Positions 46,222 to 55,888 of a stretch of DNA of 64,000 nucleotides are shown in pieces; within the stretch, counting starts at the first letter, position 1, and each line of letters starts with the position of its first letter. The stretch comes from Patescibacteria group bacterium (GTDB lineage Bacteria > Patescibacteriota > Microgenomatia > UBA8517), in NCBI GenBank assembly GCA_038206135.1, contig JBBRBD010000005.1, forward strand, positions 467-64,466, read 5' to 3'. A model generated the notes under the pieces. That model was not told the origin of the DNA and did no database searches. It worked only from the letters and a program-made list of their open reading frames with translations. Position numbers and translations under genes: made by a program.

Positions 46222-46725
46222 GTGAATTTCATGAAAGAAAATAAAGAACCTAAAATGAAAATGAACCCAATGATTATGACGGCTGTCGTAGCGGTAGTCG
46301 TTGCTGGTGTGTCGTTCTTTGGTGGAATGAAGTATCAGCAAAGTAAAGCTCCTGCATTTGGAGGAGGAAGATCTGGGGCAAATGGTCAGTTTGCGGGCGG
46401 ACAAGGAAGAGCAGTTGGTGCAACAGGATCCCGCAGTGGGTTTCGCCCGGTATCAGGTCAGATTGTGAATGTTGATGCGAAATCAATGACTGTCAAATTG
46501 CAAGATGGAAGCAGTAAGATTATCTTGTTGTCAGACACGACCACATTTTCGAAATCGGATAGTGGTTCAAAGACAGACTTAACGACTGGAGCAACAGTTG
46601 CTGTGTTTGGTACTGATAATTCAGACGGAAGTTTAACTGCACAAAACATACAATTAAACCCACAAATGAAAGCACAGGGTAGTCAGCAGGCTTCGCCGTC
46701 GGGGACACCTGCCGCGATGTATTAA
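46222..46725 (+). CDS. Hypothetical Gly-rich secreted protein, DUF5666-like.
   Basis: After a signal anchor, the repeats VSGQIVNVDAKSMTVKLQDGS and GATVAVFGTDNSDGSLTAQNIQL appear. Confidence 0.35.
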   Translation: MNFMKENKEPKMKMNPMIMTAVVAVVVAGVSFFGGMKYQQSKAPAFGGGRSGANGQFAGGQGRAVGATGSRSGFRPVSGQIVNVDAKSMTVKLQDGSSKIILLSDTTTFSKSDSGSKTDLTTGATVAVFGTDNSDGSLTAQNIQLNPQMKAQGSQQASPSGTPAAMY

Positions 46726-46786
46726 TTTGTGATACACTTTGCTTTAACTCATGTATCAAATGGCACTCAGAGGGAGGTGTTTTTAG

Positions 46787-46990
46787 TTGATAGAAGATAC
46801 CAAAATATCTTCCTTTGAGTCGGCCGAAGAAATTCTCCATGTGGATCACACTCATTTTCCACATTACATTCCACTTGTTATTACAGGCCTGTTAGTTTTT
46901 CTCGGTTTAATCGTGTTTATAATCAATAATAATGATAGACCTCAAGTAGCAGGGGCTTCGACTCAATCCACACAAGACACACCGAACTAA
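46787..46990 (+). CDS. Hypothetical small membrane protein.
   Basis: It is a 67-aa ORF with one TM helix. Support is weak. Confidence 0.25.
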   Translation: MIEDTKISSFESAEEILHVDHTHFPHYIPLVITGLLVFLGLIVFIINNNDRPQVAGASTQSTQDTPN

Positions 46991-47079
46991 TCTTGATGTA
47001 ACTCCAAAAATTTAATAATGGAGATGTCTTTTTCTCCTCAAAAACTACAAAGTGATACTTCAGTAAAAACTCAGATATA

Positions 47080-47583
47080 TTGATATACTTAAGTATGAAT
47101 ATGATAAAAAAATACACACAAATAACCTTGTTTTTGGTGTTTTTCGCATTTCTAATATTACTTAAAAATTATATTGGCCATGATGATAATGCAGGAGCTA
47201 TTGGGCAGCCAGTATTACAGTCTCCAGTTTCACTACCAACCGTTGAACCTGTAGCAACTAAACCCGCAGGAAGTCCTTTACCCACAACCAATTCGAGTAT
47301 TTACAAAGATGGAACTTTTACTGGAAGTGTTGAAGATGCCTACTATGGAAACATTCAGGTTCAAGCAATAATTCAAAATGGTCAAATAACGGATGTCGTG
47401 TTTTTACAGTATCCAAACGATAATAGAACATCACTGAGTATTAATTCTCAAGCAACTGTGTACTTAAAGCAGGAAGCGATAGCAGTGCAAAGCGCGAAGG
47501 TGAATACTATTTCCGGAGCCTCTGACTCCAGTTTTGCTTTTCGAAAATCAATGGCAACTGCACTTTCGAAAGCACATCGTTAA
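47080..47583 (+). CDS. Membrane-anchored FMN-binding domain protein. It is a predicted ApbE flavinylation substrate.
   Basis: The FMN_bind domain YKDGTFTGS...ISGASDSSFAFRKSMATAL carries the [ST]GA[ST] motif. An N-terminal TM anchor is present. Confidence 0.75.
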   Translation: MIYLSMNMIKKYTQITLFLVFFAFLILLKNYIGHDDNAGAIGQPVLQSPVSLPTVEPVATKPAGSPLPTTNSSIYKDGTFTGSVEDAYYGNIQVQAIIQNGQITDVVFLQYPNDNRTSLSINSQATVYLKQEAIAVQSAKVNTISGASDSSFAFRKSMATALSKAHR

Positions 47584-47586
47584 AGC

Positions 47587-48327
47587 ATGACAAAAGAAGC
47601 ATTTATCATGGGTATGCCAGTGGTTATCGAGGTAGTGGACAGTCAAGTTACTGTACAAGACATTGAAGAGGTCTTTGATTACTTTAGAGAAGTGGATGAG
47701 CAGTTCAGCACCTATAAAGATACGAGCGAGATTTCAAAAATTAATCGGGGAGAATTATTACCACAGGATTATTCTAAAGAAATGAAAAAAGTATTTTCTT
47801 TGTCTGAGCAGACTAAACTCGAGACAAATGGATTCTTTGATATTGAACATCAAGGCAAAATTGACCCATCGGGAATTGTCAAAGGTTATGCAATTTGGAA
47901 AGGGGCGGAGTTATTAAGAAGTAAAGGCTTTCGAAATTTTTATGTTGAGATAGCGGGGGACATTCAAACGAATGGATTAAATAAAGAGGATAAAAAATGG
48001 AAGATTGGGATTGAAAATCCATTCAACAGATCTGAAATTATTAAAGTAGTTGAGCTCTCTGGAGAAGGAATTGCGACAAGTGGTTCATATATTCGTGGAA
48101 ATCATATTTATAACCCAAAAACTAAAATAGATACAGCTGAAATTGCAAGTGTTTCAGTTATTGGGAAAAATGTGTATGAAGCTGATCGTTTTGCGACTGC
48201 AGCTTTTGCCGCAGGACTAACTGGAATAGACTTAATTAAAGCAAATCCATCGTTAGCCGGATTTATGGTAACGCTTGAGAAGATGGCTATTAAAACCTCG
48301 AATTTTGAAAAGTACGAACAAAAATAA
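47587..48327 (+). CDS. apbE: FAD:protein FMN transferase (ApbE family).
   Basis: IDPSGIVKGYA... and EIAGDIQTNG are present. The length is 246 aa. Confidence 0.8.
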   Translation: MTKEAFIMGMPVVIEVVDSQVTVQDIEEVFDYFREVDEQFSTYKDTSEISKINRGELLPQDYSKEMKKVFSLSEQTKLETNGFFDIEHQGKIDPSGIVKGYAIWKGAELLRSKGFRNFYVEIAGDIQTNGLNKEDKKWKIGIENPFNRSEIIKVVELSGEGIATSGSYIRGNHIYNPKTKIDTAEIASVSVIGKNVYEADRFATAAFAAGLTGIDLIKANPSLAGFMVTLEKMAIKTSNFEKYEQK

Positions 48328-48333
48328 ATTCTT

Positions 48334-49842
48334 ATGTTGAAATATGTAGATAGATTCTTAAATGCGATTACTATGTATCGCTTAACACTCTATTATCTTT
48401 TGGCACTTGTTGGGTGGGCGGCAGTTGCCAGTTTCTTTAAATTGCTTCCATTTGATGCTATTGATGTACTTCTTGCGGTCTGTATTGCAATAAGTGCTGC
48501 ATATGCCGCAAATTTATTTTTTTCAAAACTTGTCGGTGCTGTCACGAATGTGGAATCAGTTTATATTACAGCGCTCATTTTGGTACTTATTGTGCCCGTT
48601 AAACTTCCGTTAAATTTTGTTTTTATTGGTGCTGCATCTGTTTTAGCAATGGCTTCAAAATATCTACTTACAGTGGAAAAGCGCCATGTTTTTAATCCAG
48701 CTGCAATTTCAATTGCATATATTTCGCTGTTATCCAGTGAACACGCGGCAACGTGGTGGGTAGGAACTCCAATTATGCTTCCAGTGGTTTTAGTTGGAGG
48801 GTTACTACTTATGAGAAAAATTCGTCGTGAAAAAATGATTGCGATTTTTTTGCTTGTATATTTGGCAACAATTTTGTCTGCTTCATTTATTAATACTCAA
48901 ACTCTTGCAGGAGTTTTGAATACATTTACTATTAGTACAACAAGGACAGCGCTTTTCTTCTTAGCATTTGTTATGTTGACTGAGCCAATGACGGCTCCGG
49001 CTACCGAAAATATGCAACTCTTATATGCGGCAATTGTTGGGGTGTTAAATGCAACTCCACAGCTCAAGCTGGGAATTGTCTTTACCCCGGAAATAGCGCT
49101 TTCTATTGGAAATATTTTTGCGCATTTTGTTAATCCTGGGTATAGATTAGTGCTTCCATTAATGGAGAAAAAACAACTTACCTCAGACACTTTTGAATTT
49201 ACATTTGATTTGGTAAAGGACTTTAAATTTATTCCGGGTCAGTATATGGAGTGGACGCTTCCTCACAACAGTTCAGATGATCGAGGTGTCAGACGGTACT
49301 TTAGTCTGGCTAGCTCTCCAACTGAGGAAACCCCAAAGCTTTTAGTGAAGTTTTATAATCCTTCAAGTTCATATAAGCGTACGATGCTTGGAATGATTCC
49401 TAAAAGTAAAATTGTTGGCTCACAACTAGCGGGTGATTTTACACTTCCTCGTGAAGTAACAAAACCACTCGTATTAGTGGCAGGTGGTGTTGGCGTCGCA
49501 CCGTTTCGGAGTATGATTAAATATATTATTGATAAGCAGTTAAAAGTAAACATTATTCACTTATTTATTAATCGCACAAAAGAAGACATTATTTATAAAG
49601 ATATATTTGACGAAGCAGAAAGCTATGGAGTACATACACTGTACTTTATAACTAGTGAGCAGGGACATTTAACTGATGAAATCGTTAAAAATCTTATTCC
49701 AGATTTTGCCAATAGAATGTTTTATGTTTCAGGACCTCAGCTTATGGTTCAAACGATAGAACAAACGTTATTTGATTCGGGCCTTTCAAGTTCTCAAGTC
49801 AAAACTGATTTTTTCCCAGGATATGTGGAGAAAGGATTATAA
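48334..49842 (+). CDS. Fusion protein. A polytopic membrane domain (about 270 aa, possibly NqrB/RnfD-like) is joined to a C-terminal FNR-like FAD/NAD(P)-binding oxidoreductase domain.
   Basis: At least 7 TM helices carry HVFNPA and MLTEPMTAP motifs. The soluble domain has RYFSLASSP (RxYS FAD site), GGVGVAPF (NAD site) and YVSGP. Confidence 0.55.
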   Translation: MLKYVDRFLNAITMYRLTLYYLLALVGWAAVASFFKLLPFDAIDVLLAVCIAISAAYAANLFFSKLVGAVTNVESVYITALILVLIVPVKLPLNFVFIGAASVLAMASKYLLTVEKRHVFNPAAISIAYISLLSSEHAATWWVGTPIMLPVVLVGGLLLMRKIRREKMIAIFLLVYLATILSASFINTQTLAGVLNTFTISTTRTALFFLAFVMLTEPMTAPATENMQLLYAAIVGVLNATPQLKLGIVFTPEIALSIGNIFAHFVNPGYRLVLPLMEKKQLTSDTFEFTFDLVKDFKFIPGQYMEWTLPHNSSDDRGVRRYFSLASSPTEETPKLLVKFYNPSSSYKRTMLGMIPKSKIVGSQLAGDFTLPREVTKPLVLVAGGVGVAPFRSMIKYIIDKQLKVNIIHLFINRTKEDIIYKDIFDEAESYGVHTLYFITSEQGHLTDEIVKNLIPDFANRMFYVSGPQLMVQTIEQTLFDSGLSSSQVKTDFFPGYVEKGL

Positions 49843-49846
49843 AAAT

Positions 49847-50242
49847 TTATTTTGAAATTGGAGGAAGAACTTCACCTTTTGGAATAAATCGAATAGAAAG
49901 AGAGTTTACACAGTGTCTGGTGTCAGATTCCGTCAGATGTTCTCCATCAAAGACGTGACCTAAATGTGCACCACACACTGCACATTCGATTTCTGCCCAG
50001 TTTCTATCAGTATTTGGAAGACGTTTTACCGCTTTTTCGAAATGGTCTTCAAATGCCGGCCAACCACATTTTGCATCAAATTTAGCCTTACTGAGGTACA
50101 GTGGATTATTGCATCTTCTGCAAATATAAGTTCCTTCTTTGTAAAAATCATCATATTCACCGGTGAATGGTCGTTCAGTTCCTTTGTCTTCAATAACGTG
50201 TGCTTCTTCTGGAGTTAGTTTATTCACAAATTTAGTATACAA
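49847..50242 (-). CDS. msrB: Peptide-methionine (R)-S-oxide reductase MsrB.
   Basis: CGWPAF, HLGHVF, and CxxC pairs are present. Confidence 0.9.
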   Translation of the reverse strand: MYTKFVNKLTPEEAHVIEDKGTERPFTGEYDDFYKEGTYICRRCNNPLYLSKAKFDAKCGWPAFEDHFEKAVKRLPNTDRNWAEIECAVCGAHLGHVFDGEHLTESDTRHCVNSLSIRFIPKGEVLPPISK

Positions 50243-50248
50243 TAGCTG

Positions 50249-51721
50249 GTGCTCAAAGTAACTAAATTAACATTTGCCTTTGGAGAAAATCCACTATTTG
50301 AAAACGTGAATTTTCTTATTTCTAGTGGTCAGAAAGTTGGCCTCGTTGGCCCAAATGGTGCTGGAAAGACAACATTGCTATCTCTTTTACTCGGAAGAGG
50401 CGGGCAGAGTAGTGGTACAGTCGAACACAGCGGCACTATTGCACATTTGCCACAAGAAATTAAACATGATCCTATTATGGAAGCCGCGACCAGCGTTCAC
50501 GGGTATGTGGATTCTGAAAAAACATATGAATCTCATGAAATATTGAAACTCTTTAAGAGCCTTGAACTCACCGTTTCATTGGACGCAAATCCACAAAAGC
50601 TGAGTGGTGGACAAAAAACAAAGTTGGCACTCGCTCGGGCTTTGCTATTAAAGCCAGATATTCTTCTATTGGATGAACCGACTAACTTTATGGACGTAGA
50701 GGGTAAAAAATGGGTAATGAACTTTTTGGGACATTATCCTGGTTCAGTTATCTGTATTTCCCATGATCTAGACCTCATGGATAGTTCAATTGATAAGATT
50801 CTCGCACTTAACCCGGCTACTAAAAGTATTGACGAATACACTGGTAACTACACATCATATTTAAAGCAGAAAGGTGAACGAGAAGCACTTTTAAAACGTC
50901 AAAGATTAGTTGCCGAAAAACATATTGTTCGAATGGAAAAAGGTTTGAAAAAAATGGCACGAGCTAATAGATTTACTGGAGCCAAGATTAAGCAAATTCA
51001 TAGAATTGAAAAAGCACGAGCAGCACTCCCTGAGTCACCGCCAGAAATTAGAAGTATTAAAATTAAGTTGCCAGTGCCTGCTAATGTAGGAGAAATTCCG
51101 GTGCACATTCAGCATGTTTCAAAAAGTTATGGCGACCGTCAAATTCTAAATGACGTAACTGTCGCACTTCATCGTGGGGAGCGTATCGCCCTCGTCGGAC
51201 CGAACGGAGCCGGAAAATCGACACTCATTAAAATTATCATGGGTCTTTTGGAACCTGATAAGGGGAATGTAAACAGACATGATGACTTGTCTATTGGCTA
51301 TTATTCACAAGAGTTTGAAACATTTGATATGAAGAAAAGTCTTCTTGATGTTTTTGTAGATGCAACACACAAAGATGAAGGATTTGCCCGTGCATTTTTA
51401 GCTCGATACAATTTCCCAGGCGAGAAAGCATTTCAAATTGTGGAGACCTTGTCGGGAGGAGAAAAAACTCGGCTTTCAATTGCGTGTTTAACCGGTACAA
51501 ACCATAATCTATTAATTCTTGACGAGCCAACAACATATCTTGATGTTTTGTCACAGCGCATTATTCTAGATGCAATAAAAGAGTATCAAGGTGCAATGAT
51601 TATCGTCAGTCACACACCGGAGTTTCTTATTGAACTTGAGCCGACGCGTGCATACATTTTTCCTGAAGGAAAACTCCTATTTTGGGATCCTAGTTTAGTT
51701 TCGAAAGTAGAAGAAATATAA
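50249..51721 (+). CDS. ABC-F family ATPase with tandem ABC domains and no TM domain.
   Basis: Two Walker A sites (GPNGAGKTT, GPNGAGKST) and two signature motifs (LSGGQKTKL, LSGGEKTRL) are present. Confidence 0.85.
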   Translation: MLKVTKLTFAFGENPLFENVNFLISSGQKVGLVGPNGAGKTTLLSLLLGRGGQSSGTVEHSGTIAHLPQEIKHDPIMEAATSVHGYVDSEKTYESHEILKLFKSLELTVSLDANPQKLSGGQKTKLALARALLLKPDILLLDEPTNFMDVEGKKWVMNFLGHYPGSVICISHDLDLMDSSIDKILALNPATKSIDEYTGNYTSYLKQKGEREALLKRQRLVAEKHIVRMEKGLKKMARANRFTGAKIKQIHRIEKARAALPESPPEIRSIKIKLPVPANVGEIPVHIQHVSKSYGDRQILNDVTVALHRGERIALVGPNGAGKSTLIKIIMGLLEPDKGNVNRHDDLSIGYYSQEFETFDMKKSLLDVFVDATHKDEGFARAFLARYNFPGEKAFQIVETLSGGEKTRLSIACLTGTNHNLLILDEPTTYLDVLSQRIILDAIKEYQGAMIIVSHTPEFLIELEPTRAYIFPEGKLLFWDPSLVSKVEEI

Positions 51722-51728
51722 CAAATAT

Positions 51729-51872
51729 ATGATATCAATTTCGCATTTTAATCCGCTTACCTCTCTTGTTATTGGTATTCTAATCCTTATTTTTCCTAAG
51801 GCCTTAATTTATTTAGTTGCTATTTATTTAATTTTAACCGGCCTTGTAGGGCTTGGTTTAATTCACTTCTAA
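51729..51872 (+). CDS. Small membrane protein, 47 aa and DUF3096-like. It is absent from the 60-aa-minimum ORF track.
   Basis: The translation is MISISHFNPLTSLVIGILILIFPKALIYLVAIYLILTGLVGLGLIHF. The hydrophobic pattern resembles DUF3096. Confidence 0.45.
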   Translation: MISISHFNPLTSLVIGILILIFPKALIYLVAIYLILTGLVGLGLIHF

Positions 51873-51874
51873 AT

Positions 51875-52912
51875 TTACCCAGTCACTTTGGTTACAAATG
51901 GAATTTTATGTACTAAGTATGCAAGTGCATATGATGTTACCGTAACTAAGGTCAAAAAGAGTAGATCAAACGCTATTTCTCCAGGTATAGTATGTGTCGC
52001 TGTCATAAATAACTGTTTGAATACTAAACTCCAAAAGACTTCCAATATTGCGACATGAATGAAAAAAACGAAAAATGAAAGTTTTGAAAGTAGTTGTGTA
52101 ATGCTGGTAATTTTTTGCGAATTTTCAATTAGATAATAAAAAACTGCTCCCAACAAAAATGTATATAAAAGAATGAGGGGTCGCCACGACGAATAATAAT
52201 CTAAATAATTGTGTGACGCTAGATATAATGACCGACCTTCATAGAAAATAGAAATGACCACACCGACTGTCGCGAGAAGCAATATAACTAGATATTTTTT
52301 CACAAATATAAGCATTGGCTTTTGATGGTGTGATGCGACCATTCCCGCAATAAAAACGAAGTAATTTAAAAGAGCTATGTCAATTGGATAAAATATTGGA
52401 AGTGGATGAAAGTAATAGTCACGTACAATTAAGAAAACTTGCAAACCTAGTAGGCCAAAAAAAACAAACTTATTCGATAAGACTCTATATAACTTATGAA
52501 GCAGTGGAAATATAAAATAAAATATTAAAAGCGTTGGTATAAAATACAATTGATAGGAAGCGCTTCCTGTTGTTAGCGCTTTGCCAAAAGTATCTGCATC
52601 GTGATATACAAATAAAAAGTAAATTGCACTCCAAAAAACATAAGGGAGAAATATTCTATTAAATCGTTTCTTTAAATAGGTGAAAAAGCTTTCATGTAAA
52701 TGATAATTTAGCTCTAACACATACCCTGAAATCATGAAAAATAAAGGAACTGCAAATCTAGAGGCCTGATTAATTAAAAATGAAAAGGGGAGTGAAGCTA
52801 TATTTCCATGAGAGGCTTCTATAGTCCTTGTCGATACATGTATAGTAAGCACCGCGAAAATGGCAAGCACTCGAAGGCCATCAATTGCGATATGGTAGTT
52901 TTTTTTCTGCAT
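51875..52912 (-). CDS. Acyltransferase-3 family membrane O-acyltransferase.
   Basis: The N-terminus is HIAIDGLRVLAIFAVLTIHV, and the protein has about 10 TM helices. Confidence 0.7.
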   Translation of the reverse strand: MQKKNYHIAIDGLRVLAIFAVLTIHVSTRTIEASHGNIASLPFSFLINQASRFAVPLFFMISGYVLELNYHLHESFFTYLKKRFNRIFLPYVFWSAIYFLFVYHDADTFGKALTTGSASYQLYFIPTLLIFYFIFPLLHKLYRVLSNKFVFFGLLGLQVFLIVRDYYFHPLPIFYPIDIALLNYFVFIAGMVASHHQKPMLIFVKKYLVILLLATVGVVISIFYEGRSLYLASHNYLDYYSSWRPLILLYTFLLGAVFYYLIENSQKITSITQLLSKLSFFVFFIHVAILEVFWSLVFKQLFMTATHTIPGEIAFDLLFLTLVTVTSYALAYLVHKIPFVTKVTG

Positions 52913-52990
52913 AAGCCAATTTTACCAGTTCGCATCTGAGAAAAACATGTATTCTCAGTGGTTAATTAGGTATATACGTTAAAATGCAAT

Positions 52991-54013
52991 ATGCGGCGCA
53001 TTGCTTTTTTAATAATAGTTGTAATTTGTATCGGTGTGTTTGCTTTGGTTAGAAATCATCCTAAAACAACTTCAAACCAGATAGCTCAAGTGCTTAGACC
53101 AAGTCCGACAGTAGAACCTTTTTATGAAATGACTATTCCGTTTTTGAGAGCTCAAATGTACCAAAGTACCCTTGGCGATCGTATTTCTTATCAATCTCAG
53201 CCAACTTACACGTCATTTTTGACAAATTACGTCTCTAATGGTCTTAAAATAAACGGTTTGCTCACTATTCCAAAAGGTACTCCGCCATCTGGAGGTTTCC
53301 CGGCGATTGTGTTTATCCATGGATATATTGCACCCACCACATATAAAACAACAGAACGATATACAAACTATGTGGATTATTTAGCTAAGAATGGCTTTGT
53401 AGTGTTTAAAATAGATTTAAGGGGACACGGTAGCTCAGAAGGTGAGGCAACAGGATCATATTATTCTTCAGATTACGTTACTGACACCTTAAATGCATAT
53501 ACAGCTTTGGAAAATGCTGATTTTGTGAACAAAAACAAAATAGGGTTGTGGGGCCACTCTATGGCCGGAAACATTGTTATGCGAGCGTTTGCAGTTAAGC
53601 CTACAATTCCCGCTGTTGTTATCTGGGCCGGAGCTGGATATAGCTATGTAGATTTAGCAGCATACGGATTACAGGACAAGAGCTATCATCCACCAGCTAC
53701 TGCAAACACTCAATCAGAAAAGCGGCAAATGCTTCTAGATACTTACGGCTCACCAACTCTAGATAGTTCCTATTGGAGGACTGTCGCCCCGACTAATTAT
53801 TTACAAGACTTAAAAGGTGCAGTTGAGCTACATCAAGCGAAGGATGACGTAGTTGTCAGTATTCACTACAATGAGGACTTGAATGCGTTGTTAAATAAAA
53901 CTACGGTCACACATCAGTTCTTCGAATATGAGAGTGGTGGGCATAATATTAGTGGAGCAAGCTTTCCAGTTGCCATGCAACGCACTGTAGAATTTTTTAA
54001 AAAGTATTTGTAG
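52991..54013 (+). CDS. Secreted alpha/beta-hydrolase.
   Basis: A signal anchor, the GxSxG nucleophile elbow GLWGHSMAG and a C-terminal His are present. Confidence 0.6.
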   Translation: MRRIAFLIIVVICIGVFALVRNHPKTTSNQIAQVLRPSPTVEPFYEMTIPFLRAQMYQSTLGDRISYQSQPTYTSFLTNYVSNGLKINGLLTIPKGTPPSGGFPAIVFIHGYIAPTTYKTTERYTNYVDYLAKNGFVVFKIDLRGHGSSEGEATGSYYSSDYVTDTLNAYTALENADFVNKNKIGLWGHSMAGNIVMRAFAVKPTIPAVVIWAGAGYSYVDLAAYGLQDKSYHPPATANTQSEKRQMLLDTYGSPTLDSSYWRTVAPTNYLQDLKGAVELHQAKDDVVVSIHYNEDLNALLNKTTVTHQFFEYESGGHNISGASFPVAMQRTVEFFKKYL

Positions 54014-55811
54014 TTATTTTATATAGTCTCAATTGCTGTGATGAAGGAAGATTGTATTCTTTAACTAAATCAAATGAGAAAGACGATTTTATTTCTTTAA
54101 TTAGATTGAAAGAACAACCCCATGGGCAGTCTATCTCTACAGATCCTTCAATGTTTGCATTAGCTTTTGAAAGAATTCCGTTAATCATAATATCGCTTCC
54201 AGTTGAAAAAACTTGTCCCTCTCTCACAAAACATTTTGAATTTGCAGGCCCCACCTGCGTAATATACTTTACACAGTTGTCAGTTGTATCCACATAATTT
54301 CGAAGTTGCAGAAGTGCTGGTACATTCTTTATGTCCTGCACACCTGTTGTTTGTGGAGATATCAAGACATATGTACCCATTTTCAGGTAATTTTCAATCG
54401 ATTGTTGATTGGGAAAAGAATTTGAATAAAATTGACGGGTAAGAAAAGCAGGGTCAGGAGTAATTATTTTCATATCAAAAGTATTGTCTTCATATTTTCT
54501 TTTCTGCGCGTATAGCGATAAGGTACTTGGATTTATTTCTGCTGTCTCATATACAACAATCATTACTCCATCTGTAGTTGTCTGATTTAAAATATCTGCT
54601 GTGGGCCATTCTTCTGTATCATATTTTTTAGAAACTGAATCATTAAAATCAATCAAATTTACCCAAGAAATACCGGGTACGTAGAGAGAAATACGAGCTC
54701 CATCAACAATTGTTGGGCGTATTGTTAAAATCAAAAATGTAGCAATTACAAAACAAAATAGTGGATATAAAATGTATTTACTAAGATTCTGATATTTGTC
54801 TATTAAATTGTCTAAAAATATGCCAATTGTGAGCGCAATAAAGGGGATTAATGGAATTATGTATCGTGCATCTTTGTTTTGAATAAAAGTAAACGTTGTA
54901 TAACCGACAAAGAGTGTAAGCAGAATCATCCACTTATATGAGTATTTATGTCGTATAAAACTAATTATTGATACTAAAAAAACAATAGAGATGAGTGGAG
55001 TAGTCACATAATTAATGATTTTCTGTAAATAGAAGGTTAAGTTTGTAAGTGATAACAAATTTGTAGGGTCACCAAGTTCCCCAATAGAATTTATACGAGC
55101 CAAAAACAGTAAACTTTGAAGGTTTGTTAGATACCAAGGGAGAACAACTATTGCAGCTACAATTATTCCAGGTACTAACGAGAATAGTACTGACTTTATT
55201 CTTCTTTCTGTAACTACCGATATAAGTGAAAAAATTAAAGGAATGCCTATAAATACGATTCCAGTCCACTTTGTCATTATTACAAAACTAGTACATATTA
55301 AAAATAAAAATGTATATTTTTTAATTTTTAAGTTTTTGCTTTTCAATAGTAAGTAGAACGCCGTGGTAACAAGTGCCGTAAGAGGAATATCAATCATCAT
55401 TCTTCTAGATTCACTAAAGACAATCGGACAAAACGAAAATATCGCTGTAGAAATAAATGCGACTCGAGGCTTTCCCGTAAGTTCTTTTACATATGCAAAT
55501 AAGGAAACCATTCCTAGTACAAAAAAAATTGTTCCGGTAAATTGAATAATCTTTATATTTGCTCCAAAAACAAGTATCTCAACAGCTGCGAACGAATGTA
55601 CTAAAATTGGATAGTAGTTTGAAGCATTAAGTACTTCCGTAAAATGAAAATCGAGTAGCTTCTCTGCAATATTTATAGCAATTGTCGTGTGGCTCGCGGC
55701 ATCCCATGAAGGCGGTGCTGTATTTATATATAGCCAAATGATGTTAATTACTACCTGTAGGGCTATTAATAGAAATAAAAGTTTAGTCCATGAAATTTTA
55801 TTAATAGTCAT
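53997..55811 (-). CDS. GT-C-fold glycosyltransferase, ArnT/PMT-like (GT39/GT83-like).
   Basis: A polytopic N-terminal half with a first-loop PPSWDAASH is followed by a large C-terminal extracytoplasmic domain. The length is 604 aa. Confidence 0.45.
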   Translation of the reverse strand: MTINKISWTKLLFLLIALQVVINIIWLYINTAPPSWDAASHTTIAINIAEKLLDFHFTEVLNASNYYPILVHSFAAVEILVFGANIKIIQFTGTIFFVLGMVSLFAYVKELTGKPRVAFISTAIFSFCPIVFSESRRMMIDIPLTALVTTAFYLLLKSKNLKIKKYTFLFLICTSFVIMTKWTGIVFIGIPLIFSLISVVTERRIKSVLFSLVPGIIVAAIVVLPWYLTNLQSLLFLARINSIGELGDPTNLLSLTNLTFYLQKIINYVTTPLISIVFLVSIISFIRHKYSYKWMILLTLFVGYTTFTFIQNKDARYIIPLIPFIALTIGIFLDNLIDKYQNLSKYILYPLFCFVIATFLILTIRPTIVDGARISLYVPGISWVNLIDFNDSVSKKYDTEEWPTADILNQTTTDGVMIVVYETAEINPSTLSLYAQKRKYEDNTFDMKIITPDPAFLTRQFYSNSFPNQQSIENYLKMGTYVLISPQTTGVQDIKNVPALLQLRNYVDTTDNCVKYITQVGPANSKCFVREGQVFSTGSDIMINGILSKANANIEGSVEIDCPWGCSFNLIKEIKSSFSFDLVKEYNLPSSQQLRLYKITTNTF

Positions 55812-55888
55812 ACCTTTTAAGTATATCCATTTTTAGCTGTATTTCATTATCACTTGACAACATGTGTCTGAAGATACATATTTAATCC

